This document shows, piece by piece, positions 11,828-24,944 of a stretch of 64,000 bases of DNA (position 1 is the stretch's first letter; each line of letters starts with the position of its first letter). The notes below the pieces were generated by a model. The model saw only the letters and a program-made list of their open reading frames with translations, was not told the origin of the DNA and ran no database searches. The stretch comes from Octopus vulgaris (taxonomy: Eukaryota). The stretch is from assembly GCA_951406725.2 (NCBI GenBank), contig OX597814.1:99324001-99388000 (forward strand), given 5' to 3'. The position numbers and the translations under genes are program-made.

Positions 11828-12460
11828 AGTGGTGAGTTGGCAGAAACGTTGGCACGCCGGGCGAAATGCTTAGCGGTATTTCGTCTGCCGCTACGTTCTG
11901 AGTTCAAATTCCGCCGAGGTCGACTTTGCCTTTCAACCGTTCGAGGTCGATTAAATAAGTACTAGTTACACTCTGAGTTCCATATAATCGACTTAATCCG
12001 TTTGTCTGTCCTTGTTTGTCCTTCAGTGTGTATCCCCTTGTGGGCAGTAAAGAAATAAGAAACGTTGGCACGCCAGGCGAAATGCTTAGCGGTATTTCGT
12101 CTGTTTTTACGTTCTGAGTTCAAATTACGCCGAGCTTGACTTTGCTTTTCATCCTTTCGGGGTCGATAAATTAAATTCTAGTTACGTACTGTGGTCGACC
12201 TAATAGACTGGCCCGCTCCCCACAAAATTCGGGCCTTGAGCCTAGAGTAGAAAAGAATATTTTGTGTTAGAGTAAGGCGGTGAGCTGGCAGAATCGTTAC
12301 CGCACCTGACAAAATGCTTAGCGGCATTTCTTCCGACTTAAATTCTGAGTTCAAATTCCGCCAAGGTCAACTTTACCTTTCATCCTTTCAGAATGGGGTC
12401 GATGTAATCGGCTTAATCCATCCTCTGACCTTGCTGGACTTGTGCCAAAGTTTAAAACCA
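11828..12460 (+). mobile_element. Three tandem SINE B units (dimer 11828-12255 plus a more diverged copy 12276-12460)
   Basis: Repeated aaacgttggcacgcc.ggcgaaatgcttagcggtatttcgtctg heads; duplicated flank aatattttgtgtt.g.gtaa at 11808-11827 and 12256-12275. Confidence 0.9.
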
Positions 12461-12578
12461 ATATATTTTTTGTTTTTTAGAATAATGTGTGTTCTACAGG
12501 CTTTTGTTCTATCAGACTTCTAATACTCATTTACACGTTTGTGCATCCACGTTTTGTATGTGTGTGTGTGTGCGTGAT

Positions 12579-12611
<33 letters not shown>

Positions 12612-13133
12612 TAAGAGAGAGAGAATGATAGAATTGGGATGCATAAAAAATCCTTTATCCAGTCAACAAGATATTGGACCTTTAGTTGAAATCTAAAGTG
12701 AATTGCAATTTATCACAAACAGAAAATTTTGTTCGCGTCTTCAACATTTAGCTTTCATCTGTAGCTGTAGATAAGATACCAGAGGATATGAACACCTTAC
12801 CAACCTAAGCAGTGACGAAATAACTATTTAGCTTACGGTGCAAATTGAAACTCTATCCTCAGATTTTGAGAGGTCACAAAGTTATTGATTATATTTAAGT
12901 ACTCGGATGTAGTTTATTGTTTTGATCACATTTAAAGTTTCATGCAATATACTCTAAAGAGTACTTCTACCTACAGCCGAGACAATTTAACCTATGTTTT
13001 AGCTCTGACGATGACGTGGTGAATGAATACATGAAACGAGGATGACTGTCGGTCCTATACTAGTTTGCTCAGATTTACATGGAGAACAACTTAATATACC
13101 GAAACAGAAGGGGGTCTAAAACGCATACACACA

Positions 13134-13134
<1 letters not shown>

Positions 13135-13214
<80 letters not shown>

Positions 13215-13299
13215 CGCCGCCACTGCTGCTGCTGATTCTGTAGTTGCTTTTTATGCAGCTACTGCCACTGCTGCTGCTGCTGCTGCTGCTGCTGATGAC

Positions 13300-13343
<44 letters not shown>
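13135..13343. repeat. (ACT)n-(GCT)n-(GAT)n compound array
   Basis: Visible directly. Confidence 0.95.
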
Positions 13344-13344
<1 letters not shown>

Positions 13345-13530
13345 AGGAATTTCAAATTTTGGCACAGAGTTAGCAATCTAAGAGGGAGCAGCTTAATCGA
13401 AACGCTGGATGTCAGTATTTTACTGGTTATCTATTTTATCGACCTCGAAATGATGAATTGTAAATTTGTTTCAGCGGCATTTGAAATCAGAGCATTTTGT
13501 TCGACGCTCAAAATATTTTGTCAGCTACTA
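13345..13530 (-). mobile_element. SINE family B (diverged)
   Basis: tttcaaattttggcaca...ttttatcgacctcgaaa...gcatttgaaatcagagc. Confidence 0.7.
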
Positions 13531-13569
13531 ATAATATTCATAATAAGGGTCAGGATGTCTGAAACAAAT

Positions 13570-14610
13570 CAACTGGAGATAATGTATTCTGGGCAATGAA
13601 TATGTTAGGTAAGCCAATATTGATATACTCTGCTCTTTTTTTAAAATAGACAAAGACAAAGCTATATGAATTCAAGTTTTCACAATCATTCCTTGCTGAA
13701 AGAGAAAGAGGCAGAGGTTCATTAATTGGAGAAGAATCATCAGTGCTGTGAGTTGGAGTTTGGTAAACTACGTTATGTTATAAGAAAGTAAGACAATTAT
13801 CTACGTTGAGAAATAACGAAGAAATTAATGAAACAACGAAAAATATGAGAAGAGAAATAAGAACGAGAAGACAAATAGCTGAACAGACATGGAATTCGAC
13901 GGTCAGTTCATGCAACAAACTGAGAATATTCGAAGAGAAAAGCGCTGGTCGTGGCTGATAACTGGAAACCTGGAATGCAGAATTGAATCGCTAATTATAA
14001 CCGATCAAATAACAAGCCTTTAAAAAGAATTTCATAATGACAAAGATTAATAGACCTCAGAGATGGAGTAAATAGGACGAAAGAATTAATCAGTTACTAA
14101 GTGAGTGCAGTAAGTTAACTTAGAAAGAGTATAAACACTGGTTGTATCTATAAAAAAAGTGTTTTTGGATATTTGCATGTATGTGGATTCGAGGTGACGG
14201 AATAGTAATATGCAGGCTAGCTAACGCTTGTGATGGTGAATTATGATTACAGGATTTTATGATATTTTTCCATAGAGACTGACCTTGCTGTTGAATCTAG
14301 GGGATGGGACCAGATATCGAAGAGAAGAAAGGAAGAGTGTTAAACCACTGAACCTTATTATATTATATTGTGAATGAATGAATGAGAAGAGAACTGAGAT
14401 AATTGAGAAATGTTAGGACCTACCTTGAGAGATGAAGTGATTGTGGAATACAAAGATGATATTTGTTCATGTGGTATTTGGTGCGCACAATACAACCCCA
14501 AAACCGCTATCAAAGAGTCTGAGGGGATTGGAATGAAAACATGTACCGTGGCACATTGTACCATCCTCTATCCTAAAAGAATCTTAAGAAAGATTCTTCG
14601 GATTTGATGA
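13570..14610 (+). mobile_element. Highly degenerate R4/Dong-like LINE 3' region
   Basis: Residual motifs in the expected order: RKRGRG, DGQFMQQTE..WSWLITGNL..ESLI, SECSKL..KEYK, ILRKIL; many stops and frameshifts. Confidence 0.65.
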
Positions 14611-15257
14611 GACTCAGTGTCAACAAACATCTGGATAGCATCAATGCTAAGTAATAGCATAAAAAAGCTTTTGCTAAATAATAAATTTAATGGTTTCTGA
14701 TTCAGGATGGTCAGCAAATTTGAAAAGAGGAACTTAGTCTATACATTGGACCCCAAGTACTTGAATAGTATTTCACTTTATCAACCATGAATGAATACAA
14801 AGCAAGGTTAACCTCGGCCAAATTTGAACCCAAAATCTAAAGAATCAAAATTATTAAATGATTACCACATCTAAAATGCTGCGTCGACTAATATTCAACT
14901 CAGTGCACTTGGTTAGTAATACACCAACCGATCGTAGTTTTAAATACAGTTTCCCTGTGGTTATTTGATAGTTGAGAAAGCGATTCTAGATGAGAAGGCA
15001 ATAAACTATAGTTCAGTCGATTCCTCTATTACAGTCCACAGTGAAGTTGTATAAATACGAAAGATGCTTAAGACTATCCAATATATCGAATAAAATTCAT
15101 TAATTTATAAATGTACTAACGGCTAAAATTAGAATAATATTGATTTGGCTGGGACACTAGTCAAATCAATATTATCAATAGATCAATAATTTTTTTCTGT
15201 TATGTATAGAGGCCCGCCACCAGTAAATGATTTTTAGCTAGTTGATTCGCAATACCA

Positions 15258-15390
15258 AACTAGAAAAGCTCTCGGAAACCGCAGACCACCGCCAAGCAGC
15301 TCATTTCCATCCATATACACGCATGCTGAAAATCGCCCAATTTCCAAAACCAACGCCGGCAAAAACATAACATCCTTGGCGGGGGTAAAA
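15258..15390. mobile_element. Short HINE-type element
   Basis: aactag...gcagaccaccgccaag at one end and aacataacatccttggcgggggta at the other (subterminal inverted repeat). Confidence 0.6.
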
Positions 15391-15429
15391 AAAAAAAACA
15401 CAGCTATATGATTTTAAAAAAAACCTTTA

Positions 15430-15852
15430 AAAACTGGAATCATCCAAGTAGTCAAGGGTTATCATGTCATTCTCCGCAGACCTCCGCCAAGCAGCTCATT
15501 TTAAGATAGATATGTGAGTGAAATTACTAATAGAGAAACGAAAATAATCTTTGGGAACAGCCATGCCACCATAGGTTACGTGCAAACGATGAACGTGGTT
15601 TCAAGGGAGTTAATCACAGAACGTAACATTGTAATACTTCATGTAAAGTAAATATAACAGATGAAAAATCGTTCCAGAATCCATAAAAATTCTCGGATCA
15701 CTACCAACATTTCATCATCTGTTTCTTGTGTCATTACAAAGTTTTCCTGCAAGTTTTATCAAATACCGTTAACAACTTTGTGAGTTATTTTGCACACAAA
15801 CGGACAGACGGACAAACCAACGCCAATGAAAACATAACCATGGCAGAGGTAA
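15430..15852. mobile_element. HINE-type element
   Basis: gcagacctccgccaagcagctcattt shared with the 15258 copy; ends with a (GGAC/AGAC) microsatellite and aaaacataaccatggcagaggtaa. Confidence 0.6.
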
Positions 15853-16380
15853 TAATACTTACGATCATATGAACATATTGCTTTTGTCCCTCTGCCCTCC
15901 ACCAGTCTTTCGTTCACCTTCCACTATCACATGATCCGTGACCATTCGCATCCGTCCATTTCCTTTTTGACTCACATTTGACTCGATCGGTCACGCTTCT
16001 CTCTGTTCCTACACGTTTATTATACAGTTTGTTCTCTTCACTTTTCATATAGACTTTTCTCGTTTTCAGTCCTACATGAAATTTACCGTCGTGTTACCAC
16101 ATATTCATCCATCTTGAGTTACACGGCCTTTTCTCGTTGTGTATGCATAATCATCTTATTTTGTCGTGCTTATTTTCATCATTGTCGCGTACATTCGCTA
16201 GCTAATCCCAGTGGCTTCTCGATGCTGGCGCCACCAAAAGTGAACAACATCATCGTAAAGGGGCGAAATTGTTATGATGTTTTGGACAATAACTGATGAG
16301 GAATTAGCTACATCTTGTAAGTGAATTTTCCGTTTGTCGTGTTTATATTAAATTTTTGGTACATTATGTGTGTATGCGTA

Positions 16381-16682
16381 CGTGTGTGTGTGTTTGTGTG
16401 TGTATGCATGTTGTATGCATGTATAAATAAATAGATATATAAATACATTCGTGCACACACATATATATATATTCAACTGCCTTGAAGTTTTTTAGCCGAG
16501 TAAATCGACGCCAATACTTAGTTTTTAAGACGCGTGTGTGTGTGTTTGTGTGTGTATGCATGTTGTATGCATGTATAAATAAATAGATATATAAATACAT
16601 TCGTGCACACACATATATATATTCAACTGCCTTGAAGTTTTTTAGCCGAGTAAATCGACGCCAATACTTAGTTTTTAAGACG
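16381..16682. repeat. Near-perfect tandem duplication, units 152 and 150 bp
   Basis: 16381-16532 and 16533-16682 differ only by one TA unit. Confidence 0.9.
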
Positions 16683-17320
16683 CGGTACTTATTCTATCGG
16701 GATCTTTTGCCAAATCGCACAGGTTGTCAAGCATAGTGAGAGACAAATACGCTCACGCACACATACAGACAAACGTATACGATGAGCTTCTTTCAGTTTT
16801 TGACTACTAAATCAACTCACAAAACTTTGGTCGGACCGAGGCTCTAGTAGATGACACTTGCCCAAAATACTACATAATGAATCTGAACACATAGCCATGT
16901 GGTTGGGAAGTGAATTTCTCACCACACATCTTTTCCTGCACATTTAATGCCATGCCTGTGCCTATAAATCTACACCTATACCTAAAAAAACCACAGCTGC
17001 ACCTGTAAAGCCATGCCTGCGCCTATAAAGCAACGCCTGCGCCTATCCTTTATCTTTACTTGTTGCACTCATTGGATTGTGGCCATGCTGAGGGCAGCCT
17101 TGAAGTATCTTATTTAAACGGATCGACCACAGTACTTATTTTGGAAATCCGATACTTATTCTGTTGGTCTCGTTTACCGAACTGCTACGTTAATCAAATT
17201 AAATAGACGTAAACAGGTCAACGCTAGTAGAATACGGATGCCTAAAATGACCCACAGTTGGAGTGAACTCGAAGTCACTTGATGGCAAAGCGAACACTTT
17301 TACATCCTTGCTATCTCAGC
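16625..17320 (-). mobile_element. Two diverged SINE A-related copies separated by a 20-bp minisatellite
   Basis: actcacaaaactttggtcggaccgaggctctagtagatgacacttgcccaa and tttacttgttgcactcattggattgtggccatgctg match family A in reverse. Confidence 0.75.
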
Positions 17321-17324
17321 ACGC

Positions 17325-17700
17325 AGTGCGAAGTATTTAGCGATATTTCGTCCTTTTTTGTGTTCTGAGTTCAAATTCCTCCGAGGTTGACTTTGCGTTT
17401 TATCCTTTCAGGACTTTATAAAATGACTGCCAGTTGAATAATGCTAGGGTGGGGGTGGGGGTCAAGGTAATTATTATTAAAAGCGGTGAGTTGGTAGAAA
17501 CGTTAGCACGCCGGGCAAAATGCTTAGCTGCGTTTCGTTCATCTTAAAACTTTGAGTTCAAATTTCACTGAGGTGGGTTTTTGCCTTTTATCCTTTCGGG
17601 GTCGATAAAATAAGTACCTGTTGAGGACTGGCGTCGATGTAATCGACTAACCCCTCCCTCGAAATTGCTGGTTTTGTGCTACCATTTGAAACCAATATTT
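17325..17700 (+). mobile_element. Two SINE B copies
   Basis: ttctgagttcaaattcc..gaggttgactttgc; the second copy 17482-17700 is full length. Confidence 0.85.
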
Positions 17701-19008
17701 GGGTAGTTACAAGAAATCAGTATTTGCATCCGTTAGTCAGTTTATAGGAAGTGCTGGGAATTGAATCCTTTCCATTTAATGTTGGTATGTTGTCGAGTAG
17801 TTTTATGTATGTACATGTGTATAAAATACGTCATATAAAATTCAGAAAACAAACACTAAACTATGATAAAACAACATTTTTTTCCATAAAAAACATGTGT
17901 TCGCAAATAAAGGTATAGAATTTTCATGACAACCGTTTATCTTTCAAAACATTGACAATTTTAGTGTCAAGTCACTTCCTTAGTATTTTTTATCTAATCC
18001 CTACTGTGTAGATACATCCCTGTCTGTAAACGTCCGTGTATATGTAGATTTGTTTATAGAAACTGAGTGCTTTCACACACAAATACATACGAGAGTACAA
18101 CATAGATACATACACAATTACAGGCGCGCGCATTCCCGCACACATTCTCCTATTAAGCAGGAAAATATTTGCAGTGACATTCATAAGATACAAATACAAG
18201 CGCTCAAATTTTGGAGAGATACTAAAAAATGTACATAGAATTACTAACATACAAGCCACACACACACACACATATACATACTTGTATATATGTATGTATG
18301 TATGTGTGTATGGGCATGTATGTATATATGTAGGTAGGTGGGTATGTATGTAGGTACGTATGTATGTTTGTATTGTAATTCAAGAGCGCATACTCCATCG
18401 CATAGTGGGCCATTATATACATAACAAACACATAGAAACACAAAAGCACGCATATATATACATTAATTAAGTGTTTAGTGGCATCAATGAGGGTTTGTCA
18501 CCATAATAATTTCAACATCTCTTTTAATAGTTCCCTGCCAAAACGGTCTAATTCCTATTTCTTTCTTTTGTTTTTCTTTCTGTCTTGCTTTGGTTTTTCA
18601 TTCGTTAGATATCCTTCATCTGGATGGATTTCACGAATAGATTCCCCACTTATTTTATGTCACGTATATATTTCTACACAGATAATGGCAAACGGTAAAG
18701 CAAAGGCCTATATGAAAGATAGGAGGAACGCATCACAGAGCTTTACAGAAGAAAAGAAAACAGAGCAAACAAAAACAAAGTATGTGTGTATGTGTACTTG
18801 TGTTTGTGTGTGTGTTTGTGCGTGTATGGTGTAAACTAGAGAAACACGGAGAAAAGGAAAAAGAAAAAAAACACATAAGTAGTAAAACAAAGAACGGGCA
18901 GGGAAGTCTCGATAAAGAAGCGGAAGTTATTTTTTTAAACATTTTCTATTTTTCTATTTACATATTCAGCCATACACACAAATACATATACATACATACA
19001 CACTGAGA

Positions 19009-19054
<46 letters not shown>

Positions 19055-19699
19055 ATACATATGTATTACTTTTTTAACTTTCGTAGCTTTTGGGGCTAGG
19101 CCTGGGTATTCATCACATCTGGATGTTTTCTTGGCCTAAAAGTCTTGCATCTTCTCCCTCCAGTCCGGCACCGAGCTATAACTTACGACCAGTGCTGCTC
19201 TTTTTCCTTTATTTCCTGTTGTTGTTGTGGTTGTTGTTGTTGTTGCAGCTGTTGGTGCTGTTGATGCTGATGATGACCATGAAACTGATGTGGAAGTGTG
19301 TTTCTGTGTTTTATTACTGTATTTCTGTTGATGTCTTATGTTAATCTGTGATGTTGTGGTTTCGGCTAAATCACTCTATAAAGGCGGAGAATAATACACA
19401 ATCCACTGTGTCTGCTAGATTTATTGACCAGCGTTTGTCGTCTTTGAAAATGAAGTTTATTGCGCTATCACAACTTATCCCGAACGAAAGTTTTATAGTG
19501 GTCTAATTTGCATGCTCTCAACATTTCACTTTCACGCACATACTCTTTCCTCCTTTTTCACAGTGTAACTTAACGCTACATCTTATCCGTGGTCGGCTTA
19601 ATGAAGGAGCCTCGAACATGGTTATTCGATTCAGTAGTAACAGCATAGTCTCCTTTAAAACAACTTACCTCCTAATAACAGATCGGACAATGCGACTAA

Positions 19700-19860
19700 G
19701 CGCGGGATTGGCTGTGTGGTAAGAAATTTGCTTTTCAACCACATGATTTCGGCTTCAGTCGCACTGTGTGGTACATTGACTAAATATCTTTTACGATTGC
19801 CCTGGGACGACCGGAGTGTTCTGAGTGGATATAGTAGCGGGAAACTGCCAGAAGCTCATG
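19700..19860 (+). mobile_element. SINE A 5' half followed by an expanded (TA)n(TG)n tract (to 20021)
   Basis: ggctgtgtggtaagaaatttgcttttcaaccacatg head. Confidence 0.75.
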
Positions 19861-19874
19861 GTATATATATATAT

Positions 19875-19926
<52 letters not shown>

Positions 19927-19929
19927 GTA

Positions 19930-19993
<64 letters not shown>

Positions 19994-20026
19994 TGTGAGT
20001 GTGTGTGTGTATGTGTGTGTATAAAA

Positions 20027-20250
20027 GGCGGCGAGCTGGCAGAAACGTTAGCACGCCGGGCGAAATGCTTAGCGGTATTTCGCCTGCCGTTACGTTGTGA
20101 GTTCAAATTCCGCCGAGGTCGACTTTCATCCTTTCGGGGTCGATTAAATAAGTACCAGTTACGCGCTGGGGTCGATATAATCGACTTAATCCATTTGTCT
20201 GTACTTGTTTGTCCTCTCTGTGTTTAGCCCCTTGTGGGTAGTAAAGAAAT
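20027..20250 (+). mobile_element. Little-diverged SINE B copy
   Basis: ggcggcgagctggcagaaacgttagcacgccgggcgaaatgcttagcgg; closely similar to 11828-12058. Confidence 0.9.
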
Positions 20251-20505
20251 GATTGCGAGAGGTCGATTAGATTCCCAGACCAGACGCTGCGTAGTGTTCT
20301 TGAGCAAAGCACTTCATTTTACGCTGCACTGCGTTTATTTCATCATCTGACATGTGACACATGGTACACCTGTACAGGTAATGTTGATTTGCTAGAAAGA
20401 GTGAGTTTATGTGAACACAAACATTTGATCACTATAAAAAAATCATCTGCGTGTTTATTCGGCAAGAAATTGCCGAACCCTACATCCTCTAACGACAGGA
20501 GAGTT
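20251..20505 (+). mobile_element. SINE C-related fragment
   Basis: gattcccagacc...gtgttcttgagcaaagcactt head/core remnant; 3' gaaccctacatcctctaacgacaggag resembles the family C tail. Confidence 0.55.
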
Positions 20506-20885
20506 GGTGTGTAGTGAGTAGCTTGCTTACCAACCACATGGTTCCGGGTTCAGTTCCACTACGTGACACCTTGGGCAAGTGTCTTCTATTATAGCCTCAG
20601 GCCAACCAAAGCCTTGTGATTGGATTTGGTGGAGGAAAACTGAAAGAAGCCCGTCGTATATGTGTATGTATATATATATATGTGTGTGTATGTGTGTGTA
20701 TGTTTGTTTGTGTTTGTCCTCACACCATCGCTTGACAACCGATGTTGGTGTGTTTGCGTCCCCGTAATTTAGTGGTTTGGCAAAGGATCCTGATAGGATA
20801 AATACTTGGCTTACAAAGAATATCCTGGGTCGATTTGTTCGACTAAAGGCGGTGCTCCAGCAAATGATTGAAACAAATAAAAGTA
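20506..20885 (+). mobile_element. SINE A, near full length
   Basis: Collinear with 374-783, including the internal microsatellite. Confidence 0.9.
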
Positions 20886-20902
20886 TATAATATATATATA
20901 TG

Positions 20903-20943
<41 letters not shown>

Positions 20944-21193
20944 GTGTGGATGTATGTGCGCGCGCGCCCATCTATGAGCGCTTGTGTGTTTGTTTCTCTC
21001 TCCCTACCGCTTGACAACCGTTGTTGGTCTGATAGTCTGATAGAATAAGTACTCATTAAGTTCTTGATCAGTGCTCCAGCACAGCTGCAGTCTAATATAG
21101 ACACGTGATGTGACCATCAGCAAGACACTTTAATTCACCTAATTCTACTCCATTTAGCTGGCAAAATTGAGTAGTATCTGTAATATGTATAGG

Positions 21194-21288
<95 letters not shown>

Positions 21289-21605
21289 TGTACCCTTGAA
21301 AAATTTAATTACCACCCCTGTTCTGAATAATAGTAATATCCAATAACGTACCCTTAAATTTTTTCACGTACTGGTTCATTTACGAGCAAACGCTTACGCA
21401 ACCAGCCTGGAGTAAAAACACCTTGTGATACTACGAATTTGCATTATTTTCACAAATCTCCAAGTCATGATTAGCACAATGCGAAACCGGTAGGCTATAT
21501 AAATATTCTATCTCCTGAAATATATCAAAATACACAAATTGTGTGCATTTTCCTACTTTTGTTGTATATTTTTTACTACAACTCACTATATAGGGAAAAT
21601 ATCTT

Positions 21606-21660
<55 letters not shown>

Positions 21661-21723
21661 TCAATAAATAATGCGTCGGAAACAGTTGTAGTTAACCTTT
21701 AATCCACTTGTGTTCTTATTTTA

Positions 21724-21818
<95 letters not shown>

Positions 21819-22431
21819 GTATATATGCGGGAATTCATGTATGTGTGAATGCATGTATGTATTTATATAATATCATCTGGGGAAGAAACTTATAAAATGC
21901 ATTTAAAAGCTCCCCTACAGTTACCTGCTACCATATGCAATCATGCAGCAGGAAAGGAAACTCGTTAGAATGCTCATCAGAGTTCATACAAAAATAAAGT
22001 GGGAATGAACAGAGTTGTATCCATATAACAACAATTCTTGCTGTGTTTTGATAGGAATTGTTAGTTGCCGAGTGTTTCGCATATTTTATACATTATTATA
22101 CAAATATTACATAAATTTGATCCACCAGTGCTCTCAAAGCCACTCACCTGATGACGTGCGAATACGCTGCTACTTCTGGCTTATATTTACATAATATTTG
22201 TATGAAGATATGTATAGTATATGAAACGCTCAGCAACTAGTATATGAAACGCTCAGTAACTCATGCACAGAAGCAAATGTTGGTATTTGTTTTAAAGTCT
22301 GTCCATTTCATCTTCTTTTGTTATTAATTTATATATAAGTAGAGTCATAGATTGATAGATACAGTGATAAATAGATACACCTTATGCGTCTGTGTACTCT
22401 CTCTGTCTGCCATTCTGTCTGTCTATCTGCT

Positions 22432-22471
<40 letters not shown>

Positions 22472-22639
22472 TTTCTGTGAGTCTGCCCGTCTCTCTCTCT
22501 CTCTGTTTCTCTGTCTGTCTATCTTTGTCCATATATAAAAACTCTAGTTTCACCATCTCTATCACTATTTATAATTCATCAAGGTTTTTTTTTTCCTTCT
22601 CCACTCTATGCTTATCACTTTCTAACATGAATTGCTTCC

Positions 22640-22937
22640 AGGACGACGACCACTACTGCTATCCTCACTACTACTACCACTACCAACGACAGCAACTACA
22701 ACAACGTTACAAACAAAACCAGCGCCGACACCACCGTCGTCGTCCGCCTTCTTCCTCCAAGTCCTCCTCCCTCCACCTCCTCTCCACCCCCTCTCCTCCT
22801 CCTCCTGATCATCATCATCATCACGTCGTCTCTGCTGCTGCTGTTCATGTTGATGGTATTACACTTGTTGTCTTAGATGTACTGCTGCTGCTACTACCAC
22901 AACCACCACGACTATCACTACCCCACCACCACGACCG

Positions 22938-23019
<82 letters not shown>

Positions 23020-23045
23020 GGCTACCGCCGCCGCCACCACCGCCT

Positions 23046-23123
<78 letters not shown>
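22640..23123. repeat. Long compound trinucleotide array (ACT/ACC/CCT/GCT/GCC)
   Basis: Visible directly. Confidence 0.9.
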
Positions 23124-23632
23124 GCATTTTTTCTTTTTTTTGTAAAATCCGTCTTTGGTTGCCGTTTCCTCGGTTCACACCCGGCGACTTTTCATATCTA
23201 AGCGGTACTGTTTGTTGTCATTGCTGAGACAGCCCTAATGAGTCAGAAAACAACATACTGCGAGTGTCATACAGTGACCAACATATGTCTTTTACACGTG
23301 CGTTTTTGGACCGTTCGCTTTAGTAGTATCTCGTCTCCACTTTCGAGTTAAGCGAAGTATAAGCACACAAGCGCATACGCCCACACCCATAAATCTGTGA
23401 ATGTATATGCTTGTCGATGTATGCATGTAATGTACGTAAGGATGGATGCGCTTATGTGTGTGTGTGTGTGTGTGTGTGTGCATATATACATATATACACA
23501 TACATGCATGTAAATATATGTTATATATATATATATGTATATATCTATGCTTAAATGCATAATTGTTTCTAAAAAACTTATAAATACACATGTATACACA
23601 TGTATATATGTATGTATGAACATATATGCGTG

Positions 23633-23668
<36 letters not shown>

Positions 23669-23719
23669 CAACAGGGAGACAGTGAGAGATGGCGTTAGAT
23701 ATTTAAAGACTATACATAC

Positions 23720-23793
<74 letters not shown>

Positions 23794-24484
23794 CGTATAC
23801 ATACATATACATGCATATATATATATATATGTATATATATGTACGTAAGTTTATGTGGATTAACTTATTAATTTATTTATGTTTGATGCCTCTAGTCATG
23901 TGATTGCGACCAGCTTTACTAGGGTTATGTACGTATGTGTTTACATATGTATATATGCATGTGCTTTTGTGTGTGCTAGTTGTGTGTATGTGTGTATGTG
24001 TTGAGTGTGTGTGTGTGTGTGTGTGTGTGTGTTGAGTGTGTGTGTGTGTGTACGTATGAGTGCGCGTACATATTTAAAATGGCTCACATTAAAACCACAT
24101 GTTGAGACATTTTAAGAACTTCCAATATTTCCTGAAAAAGCAACAAATTATTAATTGCCTCGGCCAAACAATGATGGCAAAACGCAGGCTCTTTTCCCTT
24201 TTCTTATTCGCCCTTTCATTCGTTCCTTGTTTTTCTTTTTGTTTGCGATATTTTTTTTATCGTATTGCTCATTTCCCCTGCATTTCTCGTTTAACATTGT
24301 AAAGTTCGACAGATAACATTGGATGACTGTTAGCTTCTTCAATACTACTGTTTGGATTGATTCCCCAGGAAAGATAAATAAGGGCATAACTGCATACTTG
24401 TTATCACTTTCTTAAGTAGAATAGCAACAACTACCACTACAGCTGCGGCTTCTGTTGGTGCTGCTAAAGCTGATAATAATGATT

Positions 24485-24855
24485 ATCCTTTCTATTATAG
24501 GCACAAGGGCCGAAGTTTTAGGGGAGGGGGACTCGTCGATTAGATCAACCCCAGAATTTCACTGGTACTTTGAATGAAAGGCAAAGTCGACCTCGGCGGA
24601 ATTTTATCCACTATGCTAACGATTCTGTTTGCTCGCCGCCATGATATAATAGTAACTGTAGTTTCAAATTTTGCCACAAGGGTAGCAATTTGGTGAGGGG
24701 CGGAGGAGAGGAGTCAAATACATCGACCCCAGTGTTTCACTGGTACTTAAGGCAAAGTTGACCTCGGCGGAATTTGAACTCAGAATATAACGACGAGCGA
24801 AATCCCGCTAAGCACTTCGTCCAGCGTGCTATCGATTGTTGCCAGCTCACCGTCT
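24485..24855 (-). mobile_element. Two internally deleted SINE B copies
   Basis: aggcaaagtcgacctcggcggaattt motif present twice in reverse orientation. Confidence 0.8.
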
Positions 24856-24944
24856 CGTTAATAATAATAATAATAACAATAACAACAACAACAACAACAA
24901 CAACAATAATAATAATCCGTTACATTCTCCATGCATTCTAAAGA

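Noticed and set aside
12975-13055. CTGACGA...GAAAC...GTC hammerhead-like string
   Set aside because: Stems I and II do not pair convincingly; at most a decayed copy.
15880-16340. Pyrimidine-rich block ending near CTGATGAG, possibly a PLE pseudo-LTR
   Set aside because: The GAAA half of the core is missing and no coding remnant was recognised.
22215-22260. 23-bp tandem duplication tagtatatgaaacgctcag(c/t)aac
   Set aside because: Ordinary local slippage with only two units.
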